From contig JAEOTO010000013.1 of NCBI GenBank assembly GCA_016839805.1, positions 1-31,384 of the forward strand: a DNA stretch of 31,384 bases, read 5' to 3'. The position numbers were made by a program, and so were the translations under genes. Of this stretch, positions 9,010 to 17,478 are shown in pieces. Numbering within the stretch: the stretch's first letter is position 1; every line of letters begins with the position of its first letter. The notes under the pieces are model-generated. The model made no database searches, was not told the DNA's origin, and saw only the letters and a list, made by a program, of their open reading frames with translations. This DNA is from Candidatus Hermodarchaeota archaeon (lineage in GTDB: Archaea > Asgardarchaeota > Hermodarchaeia > Hermodarchaeales > Hermodarchaeaceae).

Positions 9010-10023
9010 ATGTCCGATATAATGCAGGTTCTAGGGAACATTGGTTCAAAGGTGGATGAGAAAATGCTCGATTTACTTGCTGTTGGAGCTTCCAAAGATT
9101 TCCAAGAGGTAGTGTTTCATCAAGTAAAAGCAGGTGGAAAACGGATTCGTCCAGCCTTAACCATTACCTTTTGTGAAGCTGCAGGCGGTAAGTTAGATGA
9201 TGCATTATCAACTGCCGCTGCAATTGAATTAATTCATAATTATTCCCTTATCCTTGACGATATTATCGATGATGCGAATGTGCGCCGAAATCTACCAACT
9301 ACTTGGAAGAAATATGGACTAAACTTTGGAATCCTAGCCTCCACCCATTATCGTGAAGCCATCGAAGAAGGAGTCTTACAATCCCCAAAGCCATTAGATG
9401 TCTCACGAATCGTAGCAGATACAATTCGTGAATTAGTTGAGGGTGAACGATTGGATGTCCTCTTTGAACAATTACCCAGTGATGAAGAGTATACCGAACG
9501 ACACCGCTATCAAAATGTGAACCTAAAAGACTATGAAACCATGATTGGCTACAAAACTGCGGCGCTCATCCGCGCAGCTTGTGAGGCTGGAGTAATATGT
9601 GCTGGGGGGACCCCGAAACTGCAAAAAGCAGCTCGGGAATTCGGGTGGAAAGCTGGAATCGCTTTTCAAATGGCTGACGATGTGCTTGACCTGTTTGCTG
9701 AAGAAGAGAAACTAGGAAAGAAATTAGGGAAAGATATCTATGAACACAAACTTGGCAATGTTGTTCTTTTACATTCGCTTGCCCAACTTTCGGACAATGA
9801 CCGGAATTTCATCCTAACCATTCTTCGTTCGCATAAACCTACCGAGACGGACGTTCAGAAGGTGATAAGTCTACTAAAACAAACCAACGCAAGTAATCTG
9901 GTTCAAGAGAAAGCTAAACAATTAGTCGAAGACGCGAAAAAGGCACTCAAAGATTTTCCAAATAAAGATGCAACTAAAATCTTGGAAACTCTCGTGGATT
10001 TTCTTTATCAACGATCATTTTAA
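9010..10023 (+). CDS. Polyprenyl (likely geranylgeranyl) diphosphate synthase
   Basis: GGKRIRP, first Asp-rich motif DDIID..RR, KTAAL, second Asp-rich motif FQMADDVLD, GKD. ATG 9010 follows AGGTGA. Confidence 0.92.
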   Translation: MSDIMQVLGNIGSKVDEKMLDLLAVGASKDFQEVVFHQVKAGGKRIRPALTITFCEAAGGKLDDALSTAAAIELIHNYSLILDDIIDDANVRRNLPTTWKKYGLNFGILASTHYREAIEEGVLQSPKPLDVSRIVADTIRELVEGERLDVLFEQLPSDEEYTERHRYQNVNLKDYETMIGYKTAALIRAACEAGVICAGGTPKLQKAAREFGWKAGIAFQMADDVLDLFAEEEKLGKKLGKDIYEHKLGNVVLLHSLAQLSDNDRNFILTILRSHKPTETDVQKVISLLKQTNASNLVQEKAKQLVEDAKKALKDFPNKDATKILETLVDFLYQRSF

Positions 10024-10040
10024 CATGGTACCTTATACCC

Positions 10041-10958
10041 TCATTCCAATCCTTTAGTTTCCATTAGTGCACGTAACTCTTCCATGGTTAGCTTTTGACC
10101 AGTCTGTTGTTTCGACCGTGCTTGTTCTGCTAATTTCTCTACTGCAGCCTTCTCTCGAGCTTGTCGTACTTCTTTTCGAGTTTTTCGAATGGTATCTAAT
10201 TGAGTCTTGTATTTAATCTCTTCAACTCTTAACTCGTCTAGGCGGACTCGCATTTCATCAGCTTCTTGAAGACATTGAATATACATTTGATGCGCTTCAT
10301 CCGCCTCTGTTCTTGCTGGACCGAGATTCCCTGAGAGCTGGATAATCTGCTGGTGCTTTTGTTGTGCTTCCTCAACAAGAGCAATCATGGTTTCATGGTG
10401 TTCTTGGGCTTTGGTACGTGCTGCCTGAACTTCTTGCCACAATTCCTCCTGTTCTTTAGTCTGGTCAATAAGTTGGTTTTCTGTTTTTGGCGCCTTCTCC
10501 ATAGCCTGTGACAAGTGTTCTAGTTCTTCAAGTAGCGCCCGTTCTTCATCGATGGATAATGACATTGTTTGCTGTTTCCATTCCAGTTCCCGATACTGAC
10601 GCTGTAATTCTTCTAACGAGATATAATCACGACGATTGCTTTTTTCATCCCGCAAGATCCGTAGTTTCTCTTGTAAAATCTGTGCCCGTTCAGTTTCTTC
10701 ATCTCGAAGTTTTTTCTGAAGCTGCACCTGAACATTAAGTTCATCACGAGCTTCCCGCTGTTTAGTGATTTCATCATGAACTACGGGTGTTTCACCACGC
10801 AGTTCATCCCTGCGGTCACGCCATTCCCATGCACGTTTACGGGCATCCTGATTTGCTCGCATACAGACTCGCATTGCCGCTTGTACTTTACCTAATTTTT
10901 CTAAAATCGTTCCAAACTCATCTTCGCTCTTTACTGTTTTCTCTGCCATAATACCCAC
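10041..10958 (-). CDS. Archaeal coiled-coil protein (COG1340-like)
   Basis: Repeated RDEL(N) heptads, LEWKQQT.SLS..EE, AQEHHE, ADEAH and a C-terminal GQKLTMEEL. The start may be ATG a few codons in. Confidence 0.75.
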   Translation of the reverse strand: MGIMAEKTVKSEDEFGTILEKLGKVQAAMRVCMRANQDARKRAWEWRDRRDELRGETPVVHDEITKQREARDELNVQVQLQKKLRDEETERAQILQEKLRILRDEKSNRRDYISLEELQRQYRELEWKQQTMSLSIDEERALLEELEHLSQAMEKAPKTENQLIDQTKEQEELWQEVQAARTKAQEHHETMIALVEEAQQKHQQIIQLSGNLGPARTEADEAHQMYIQCLQEADEMRVRLDELRVEEIKYKTQLDTIRKTRKEVRQAREKAAVEKLAEQARSKQQTGQKLTMEELRALMETKGLE

Positions 10959-11045
10959 AATTTTTTGTAATTATCAACACGTACCTGTAGCACCTACCGA
11001 CTTTGCCTAAATCTTTTTGGACTCTAAGAAAGAATCAATTACTGG

Positions 11046-12206
11046 ATGTCGGATTCAATGATGATTCCTCTCCTACAAATGGATGAAAAATTAAAGCTGA
11101 TTCGAGGGTTCATGGAAGAATCTGGGATTGATGCATGGTTAATTTATGATTTTCGCGGCAATGATCCTACTGGAGAAGCTCTTCTTGGGCAATTCGCTCC
11201 TCATTCACGACAATATGCGATTCTAATCGCTCTTGAGAACCCAATTGTCATCATCAAATCGCCAGTGGACGCTCCTGAATTAAATGAGATTGGTCAAACT
11301 GTTACAACGTACAATGCCCGTACTCAGTCAGACTTCTTAGAAGTTGTGAAGAACCATGCCCAGAGCTTCGAACGGATCGCAGTTAATTTAGGAGAAAATC
11401 CTCAAACGGATGTTTTACCCGCTGGTCGCTTCATGCATTTATGCGCGCTCTTACCGCGTGTAAAATGGATAATGGGAGAAAACCTAATGCAAATCGTTCA
11501 CTCGGTACTCTCAACGGCCCAGTTAAAGAGTCATGAACGGGCTGCCCTCAAACTAACTAAAATCATGGAAAACGCCTTTGCTTTTCTTGGAGACAACGTT
11601 GGGTCAGTAACAGAAGAAGATGTTGCTATAAATATTAGAAATCAACTGCAGGAGGAAAAACTTACCTCTCGGGATGCACCGATGGTTGCTGTTCAAGCCA
11701 ACAGTGCAAACCCTCATTATACGCCTGGAGATGTTCTGATTAAGAAGAATCAACTGGTGATGATCGACATTTGGGCTAAATGGGATATCTTTGCAGATAT
11801 CACTTGGATGGCCTTTACTGGCTCTAAGGTTCCTCAGAAAATGCAGGAGGTATGGGAGGTAATTTTGGAAGCTCGTAAAGTTGCCACAGCTTCAATCAAG
11901 CCAAATATCAAGGCCGGTATCCCAGATGAACTAGCACGAGAAGTCATGATACTGGCAGGATACAAAGACGCCATCCTCCATCGAACTGGTCACAGCATCA
12001 ATTCCCTCTCGCATGGCAAAGGAGCTAACTTGGATAGTTATGAAATGCCAGAATCCCGACTTCTCCTTCCAAATACTATTACATCCGTAGAACCTGGAAT
12101 CTACCTAAAAGGCGAATTTGGAGTTCGTAGTGAAATTAATGTAATTGTTACAAAATCAGGGCATCGTATCACAACACCTCCACAAGAAAAGTTATTGTGC
12201 CTGTAA
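11046..12206 (+). CDS. Xaa-Pro aminopeptidase, M24 family
   Basis: SANPHY, DIWAK..ADITW, HRTGH, EPGIY and GVRSE metal-ligand motifs. Confidence 0.9.
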   Translation: MSDSMMIPLLQMDEKLKLIRGFMEESGIDAWLIYDFRGNDPTGEALLGQFAPHSRQYAILIALENPIVIIKSPVDAPELNEIGQTVTTYNARTQSDFLEVVKNHAQSFERIAVNLGENPQTDVLPAGRFMHLCALLPRVKWIMGENLMQIVHSVLSTAQLKSHERAALKLTKIMENAFAFLGDNVGSVTEEDVAINIRNQLQEEKLTSRDAPMVAVQANSANPHYTPGDVLIKKNQLVMIDIWAKWDIFADITWMAFTGSKVPQKMQEVWEVILEARKVATASIKPNIKAGIPDELAREVMILAGYKDAILHRTGHSINSLSHGKGANLDSYEMPESRLLLPNTITSVEPGIYLKGEFGVRSEINVIVTKSGHRITTPPQEKLLCL

Positions 12207-12262
12207 AGTACTAAAAGAAAGAGAAAACCACCCTAAAGGTGAATCCGGCGGGACTAGTAACA

Positions 12263-13054
12263 ATGGCGGATAAATTTGTATTACTTCTCGAGTTCTCCTC
12301 AGGAATAATCGAACCACTTCCACTATCAACAGAGACTCTTGCACAAGACAGAATTGTAATCGCAATCGATGAACTCAAAGAACGAGTCTGGCTATGGCAA
12401 GGTGCAACCACAAGTCTGGTTGAACGGCGTGCTGCACAACGAAAAGCAAGATCCCTAGTAAGTGCAGGATACCAACTTGGGCCCTATCGGATTGGGCGTG
12501 ATGTCACCGACATCGAAATCATCGATGGTGATATCCTTGATGACCCAGAAATCAAAGGTTTTTATGATCAACTTCTGCACACACTTAAACAAAATTTCAA
12601 GATTACAGATGGTGTGCTAGGTCGATTTAGTGGAACTCCTTCTCCTCCTCCCACGCCGGTAGCAACCTCTCTACCCCCTTCACCTGCACCAAGTTCCACG
12701 CAGACAACTCCAACTCTCCCTGCACAACCTAAACCTGTTCAGGTTCAAACTACTCCGAGTGAACCCACATCAGAAACTGTTGCTCCCCTACCAACACGAG
12801 AATTACAAGATTTAGGTGTGATTCGAGTTGGAATACTCATTTCTTCAGTGCTTGATTATTTTCCAATGTGTTATGTCAGTACCACACAAATCGAAGAGGG
12901 AACGCGGTACACCCTTGAAGATCCTGACGGAATCATTTGTCAGTTGGATGTTAGTCAAGGATCTGTTCATTTCCTAAAACGATACGATTTCCGAGGAAAA
13001 CGCAGCGAAATACTTAGTCGGCTTCGTAACCGCTTGGCAGCAGCGAGTCTCTAG
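12263..13054 (+). CDS. Gelsolin-like domain protein with Pro/Thr-rich linker and unknown C-terminal domain (paralog 1)
   Basis: IVIAIDE..RVWLWQGATTSLVERRAA matches the gelsolin-repeat pattern (hhhD...hhhWxG..S..E...A). Linker PSPPPTPV...PLP. Confidence 0.72.
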   Translation: MADKFVLLLEFSSGIIEPLPLSTETLAQDRIVIAIDELKERVWLWQGATTSLVERRAAQRKARSLVSAGYQLGPYRIGRDVTDIEIIDGDILDDPEIKGFYDQLLHTLKQNFKITDGVLGRFSGTPSPPPTPVATSLPPSPAPSSTQTTPTLPAQPKPVQVQTTPSEPTSETVAPLPTRELQDLGVIRVGILISSVLDYFPMCYVSTTQIEEGTRYTLEDPDGIICQLDVSQGSVHFLKRYDFRGKRSEILSRLRNRLAAASL

Positions 13055-13283
13055 CTGCCTATAAACTTCATCAAATTCTTTGCAGGAATTTTATTGGAAC
13101 AAGCGAACATATCAGACTCAGGGTCAACTTAATAAAAGATGACACAAACCCTAGACTGGAACTCGCTGCAAAGTTCAAAGTTGAATGCGCGAGGGCAAAA
13201 TTAGAACTAATCGATCATAATTTACAATTTGTTCGATTGGAAACTCTGTCTGCGCGAATGGAGTACTGTGGGGTGTTACACAG

Positions 13284-14009
13284 ATGACACGACTCGTAAT
13301 GTTGGAAATTGGTGGCTTAGGCTTTGTCAGGTCATTACGACCTAACCCGAAAAAACTACGCGGTGACGTATGTGTTGTAGTGGTTGATGAACTGAACAAA
13401 GCACTATGGTTCTGGATGGGCAGTGGTGTTCAGTATGATAAACGGCGTACCGCTAAAGCGAAAGCAGAACAGATCAGCCTGGAGGGACAACGAATCGGGG
13501 ATGAGCTAATAGGACGCGGGTTTTCACTAATAGAACTTGATCAAGATGGCTTGGAAAACCCAACAACAGCTAATAACTATAACAATCTAATCGCCCTACT
13601 AGACGCGCCAATGGAAATTACCACCATTGCCAATCCGAAAGGCACCCTCATTATTGGTCAATTACAGGGAAGTGCTCCTCAAACAAGACCAGTATCGACT
13701 GCAACACCTGTTGCATCTGAACCCACACCGGCTGGTGCACCCGTACAACCTACTGTGACCGCACCGAGCAAAAGACCAACAAAACTCGACATGGAAGCTG
13801 CTTTAATGGCCGTGCTTCGAGTTCACCAACAGGTTCACATCGAATACCGCGGTAAGGAGGATACAGAGGAAATCATCATCGAAGGCGTTGATGGACTAAC
13901 CCATAAAATGAAACGCCGTAAAGGCAAACTCACCTTCAAATGGGACCCCAAAACTCCAAAGGAACTCAAAGACTTAGTAGCTCTTGAACTAAAACGCACC
14001 GCAGGATAA
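13284..14009 (+). CDS. Gelsolin-like domain protein with Pro/Thr-rich linker and unknown C-terminal domain (paralog 2)
   Basis: CVVVVDELNKALWFWMGSGVQYDKRRTA. Aligns by eye with paralog 1 over both domains. Confidence 0.7.
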   Translation: MTRLVMLEIGGLGFVRSLRPNPKKLRGDVCVVVVDELNKALWFWMGSGVQYDKRRTAKAKAEQISLEGQRIGDELIGRGFSLIELDQDGLENPTTANNYNNLIALLDAPMEITTIANPKGTLIIGQLQGSAPQTRPVSTATPVASEPTPAGAPVQPTVTAPSKRPTKLDMEAALMAVLRVHQQVHIEYRGKEDTEEIIIEGVDGLTHKMKRRKGKLTFKWDPKTPKELKDLVALELKRTAG

Positions 14010-14030
14010 CCCACTGAGAAGTAAAGATGG

Positions 14031-14609
14031 GTGAGGATGGATCTTATTCTTTACACTCTAACCATGGTCATTTCATACGCCTTTTTAGGCGGAGGCGTTA
14101 AACTTCTTGATCACCTCACGGATCAACCATCACAACACCAAGTCAGCACTTTTTTCTTATGGATACTAACTAGTAGCCTTGTTCTCGTTGTGGTCGTTTG
14201 GACTCTCAATGATACCTATACTGCAATTCTCGCATTAGCTTTGGTATTTGGGTTAATTGGAGCAAAGAAAATTGATACTAGATTCTTCCTCGTTCTTGCC
14301 CTCATCATTATTCCAATTGGAATCCTCACCGTTTTTCTCCAAAGTGCATTTTTATTCCTCCTTACGATTTTGATTGCACTCATACCACCGGTAATATTAG
14401 ATGAACTCCTCCACTCCTATGCCACAGGAATTAGTCAGCCACAGATGAAGTGGATCCTCTCACATCGCCCACTTCTAAAAATTTCCGTCATCGTTCTTCC
14501 TTTCTTCGGTCTCCTGACCTTTGCCCATACCATTGCCTTTTGGTGTTTTGACATCACCTATGACCTTGTCAATTATGCCTTTCGCGCGACAAGCAAAATC
14601 GAAACTTAA
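14031..14609 (+). CDS. Multi-pass membrane protein of unknown function
   Basis: About 6 hydrophobic segments with polar motifs KLLDHLTD, KKIDT, DELLH, HRP and FDITY. The start may be ATG 14037. Confidence 0.75.
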   Translation: MRMDLILYTLTMVISYAFLGGGVKLLDHLTDQPSQHQVSTFFLWILTSSLVLVVVVWTLNDTYTAILALALVFGLIGAKKIDTRFFLVLALIIIPIGILTVFLQSAFLFLLTILIALIPPVILDELLHSYATGISQPQMKWILSHRPLLKISVIVLPFFGLLTFAHTIAFWCFDITYDLVNYAFRATSKIET

Positions 14610-14655
14610 ATTCACACAGGATATTGCGACATTCTGAATTGACCTTGACGATGTT

Positions 14656-14669
14656 GGAAAGGTTTAAGT
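14656..14669 (+). promoter_or_regulatory. BRE-TATA promoter for the 14712 gene
   Basis: GGAAAGG followed by TTTAAGT, about 45 bp upstream of the ATG. Confidence 0.5.
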
Positions 14670-14711
14670 CGCCTCATTTTCCAAGAAACTAGAAGCTGGT
14701 GAATCTAAACA

Positions 14712-14954
14712 ATGAAAGCAAACATTTCCCTTTCATACAGTGGGCGAACCCGCGAAGATAACGCTACAAAAAATGGCCATGTAAATTTATTACTAAATCA
14801 ACATGGTCGAATACTTAGCAAATTACCCCTCGGCGATGGGCGATACCATTTCGTAATTGAACTCCAAGATTTGGATCGGTTCACCCAATCCCTTTTTGAA
14901 TTTACGCGACAAAATCCCTGGCTTCGAGTAGAGAAAGTTTCTGCTCATTCCTAA
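14712..14954 (+). CDS. Small hypothetical protein, possible ferredoxin-like/ACT-like fold
   Basis: ATG with a GGTGA SD and a promoter; alternating beta/alpha hydrophobic pattern over 80 aa. Confidence 0.6.
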   Translation: MKANISLSYSGRTREDNATKNGHVNLLLNQHGRILSKLPLGDGRYHFVIELQDLDRFTQSLFEFTRQNPWLRVEKVSAHS

Positions 14955-14975
14955 ACTATTACTTCGTCTCGTATA

Positions 14976-16382
14976 TCAGGCAAGTTTGAAACGTTGGCCA
15001 ATTCGCGGTGCTACTGCCGGGCACCGAAGCGTCCGTTTCACCATTTTTGTGAGACTATTGCATGCTCTGGGACTTCCATGAATACAAAACACAAGTTGTG
15101 GTGGGTGTCCACGAAGAGAAGAGAGGTAATTTTGTAGTTCATTGCGATCTGCATGTGCACTAAACCCGTATAAACTTTCAATTCGTGCGCGAACTCGTTT
15201 TTTACGCCCATAAATACGGACTTGTCTTGCACCGTTAACAATCCGGTGTCCTAAAGTCCCGGGAGCTTGGAATCCAATCACAAGGATGTTAGTATTTTTA
15301 TCCTCAATTCGTCGGTACAAGTGTCTGAGAATTCTTCCACCATTCATCATACCTGATCCTGCAACAATCATTATAGGTCCACGTTTCTGACTTAGATAAT
15401 CACTATCAGTTTGTCGTTCCACATACTGGAGTCCCTTGAAATCTAGCGGGGCGTCACCGGATTTGATAAGACCCCATGTTTCACTATCGAAACATTCTCG
15501 GTGGCGTTTGAATATCTCCGTTGCCCTGATAGCCAGGGGAGAATCAATCGCCACGGGAATTATGGGCACTTGAGCGTTTTCAACCAGAGTGTTCAGAGCA
15601 TAGATGAGTGATTGGGTACGACCAATCGCAAACGCGGGCACGAGTATATGGCTCCGATGCCGGTTAGCTTTGATAATAATTCGTTCAAATCGAGCAATTG
15701 TCTGTGAAAAGGATTTGTGGGTGCGATTTGCATAGGTCGACTCACAAAGAAGAAAGTTAGCCGCAGAAGGAAAGTCAGGATCCCGTATAATGGGAAGATT
15801 TTCCCTTCCAATATCGCCTGTGTCCACTAAATGGACAACCTTTCCCCGTTCCTCAATCCATGTTTCAACTATCGAAGAACCAAGAATATGCCCTGCATCA
15901 CGAAACCGCAGAGTAACATTCCCTGGAAGGGATTCTTTTACATTGTATTTGACAGTCCGCAGTTGTTTAACGATGCGTTTCGCATCTGACACATTGAATA
16001 ATGGTTCCGCATCAAATACGTGATTGCTTCTTGAAGGACTAGGCTGTGAACGGGCTCTAGCGGCATCTTCTTCTTCGGTTTCTGCCATATCTCGAAGAAG
16101 GAGCTTACATAATTCTGCAGTCGCTGAGGTCGCATAAATAGGTCCGCGGAAACCTGCTCGAGCGAGGACCGGCAAGCGACCACAATGGTCAAGGTGGGCA
16201 TGACTGAGAATTACATATTCTATACTTGAAGGTTCAAATGCAAAGGTTTGGTTTCGATTAGACTGTTCGGCTGGCTTCCCCTGAAAGAGTCCACAATCAA
16301 TAAGGAATGAAACAGCTTTCGTTTTGATTTGGTAAAGGCTCCCTGTTACCGTTTGTCCAGCGCCATGAATAATCAGTTCCAA
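14976..16382 (-). CDS. Metallo-beta-lactamase/beta-CASP ribonuclease (COG1236, YSH1-like)
   Basis: GAGQTVTGS, DCG, SHAHLDH, AGHILGS, GD, ESTY, PAFAIGRTQ, SGM..GGR, GFQA.GTLG and FSAHAD. Confidence 0.93.
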   Translation of the reverse strand: MELIIHGAGQTVTGSLYQIKTKAVSFLIDCGLFQGKPAEQSNRNQTFAFEPSSIEYVILSHAHLDHCGRLPVLARAGFRGPIYATSATAELCKLLLRDMAETEEEDAARARSQPSPSRSNHVFDAEPLFNVSDAKRIVKQLRTVKYNVKESLPGNVTLRFRDAGHILGSSIVETWIEERGKVVHLVDTGDIGRENLPIIRDPDFPSAANFLLCESTYANRTHKSFSQTIARFERIIIKANRHRSHILVPAFAIGRTQSLIYALNTLVENAQVPIIPVAIDSPLAIRATEIFKRHRECFDSETWGLIKSGDAPLDFKGLQYVERQTDSDYLSQKRGPIMIVAGSGMMNGGRILRHLYRRIEDKNTNILVIGFQAPGTLGHRIVNGARQVRIYGRKKRVRARIESLYGFSAHADRNELQNYLSSLRGHPPQLVFCIHGSPRACNSLTKMVKRTLRCPAVAPRIGQRFKLA

Positions 16383-16426
16383 TTGATGTTACTCCCAAAT
16401 TTAGTTCAAGAAACAAGGGAGATATA

Positions 16427-17377
16427 TCAGGCAAATAGTTCAAAATCAGAAGAGCCACCCTTCTCTTCCGTATCTCCGGTATCTTCTTCGTTGTTTTTTT
16501 CATCCTTAGACTCTTTTTCCTGAGCTTCTTCCTTAGGTTCTTTTTCAGGGGGTGACGTCTTGGCTAACTGGGACAATTGCTCTCGTAACGAATCAACGAC
16601 AGACACTGCTTTTTCTTCGTTAGCTGGTGCCGGTTCACCTCCTGGCGAAGTTTCCATAATAATCTGTTGTCCTTCTGCTACTAATTGTGGTGGTTGCCCA
16701 AAACAACGAGTAAACGCGTCGATGTCATCCTGTGTAGCAGCACGGATTTCGGAGAAGAGAATTTCATCACCTTGACAGAAAAATCGCAATTGTAAACGTA
16801 AAACAGACACTTGGAATTCATTCGGACCAATGGGACTTATGGCGGCTTGTCCGTAGCAATCAGTAACCGCGAAAAATACCTTGCTAGCTAGTTGTTCTTC
16901 ATAAGTTAGAATTCGACGACGAATTGGTCTCACTTGTCGTGTGGGTTGGGGAGCAATAGTTTGTTCAACTGCTTCCACCCGCTCCTGAAAAACCTCATCA
17001 AAGGTAGAAATTTGGTTTTCTTCTTCAATTACTACCAGGAAATCTGAAGTTTTTTGATTTGTTTCTAGCAGTTTTTTTAACAAGGCGGCTTTAGGATTCT
17101 TCAGATCACCAGGAACTTCAATGAAATTAGTACACTTTGTACCAAAATGAATATCGTTAACGTGGATGCCATTTTTCATGATGAATCGAGCTTGTCGCAA
17201 CGCAGTTGTACGTTGTAACATTGAGGTTTCCCGTCCCAACCATACCCAAATGATTGCTTCCGCTTCATCGATAATAAGTATAGCACGTCCATCAACGAGA
17301 TGTCTTGGGTTCCAATGGAGGGGTTGAAGCTCACCACCTTCGCCTAGGACTTCAATCATTCCAATGTATTGTTTCAT
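16427..17377 (-). CDS. Gelsolin-like domain protein with shared C-terminal domain and acidic tail (paralog 3)
   Basis: AILIIDEAEAIIWVWLGRETSMLQRTTA. Same G-x-x-h-x-x-x-x-h-G insert as paralogs 1 and 2. E/D/K-rich tail ending DFELFA. Confidence 0.7.
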   Translation of the reverse strand: MKQYIGMIEVLGEGGELQPLHWNPRHLVDGRAILIIDEAEAIIWVWLGRETSMLQRTTALRQARFIMKNGIHVNDIHFGTKCTNFIEVPGDLKNPKAALLKKLLETNQKTSDFLVVIEEENQISTFDEVFQERVEAVEQTIAPQPTRQVRPIRRRILTYEEQLASKVFFAVTDCYGQAAISPIGPNEFQVSVLRLQLRFFCQGDEILFSEIRAATQDDIDAFTRCFGQPPQLVAEGQQIIMETSPGGEPAPANEEKAVSVVDSLREQLSQLAKTSPPEKEPKEEAQEKESKDEKNNEEDTGDTEEKGGSSDFELFA

Positions 17378-17478
17378 TTCTGTTGTACCACCGCTGGTTA
17401 ATTATCACTGATATGCCGCCACAAGGGATACTGAACTATTTACATAAGAGGGAATGAGGGCTATATCAAATTGTCGTG

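Noticed and set aside
6086-10023. Rab-like GTPase near a GGPP synthase as a primitive prenylation system
   Set aside because: The GTPase has no C-terminal Cys, no prenyltransferase is present, and GGPP synthase is a core archaeal lipid enzyme.
10041-10958. Coiled-coil protein as a cytoskeletal (tropomyosin/ESCRT-III-like) partner of the gelsolin cluster
   Set aside because: Its motifs fit a widespread archaeal coiled-coil family also present in non-Asgard archaea. It is on the opposite strand and separated by a peptidase gene.
13175-13399. 74-aa - strand ORF and a start-less open frame in the 13055-13283 spacer
   Set aside because: Antisense to a better-supported gene, or lacking a start and SD.
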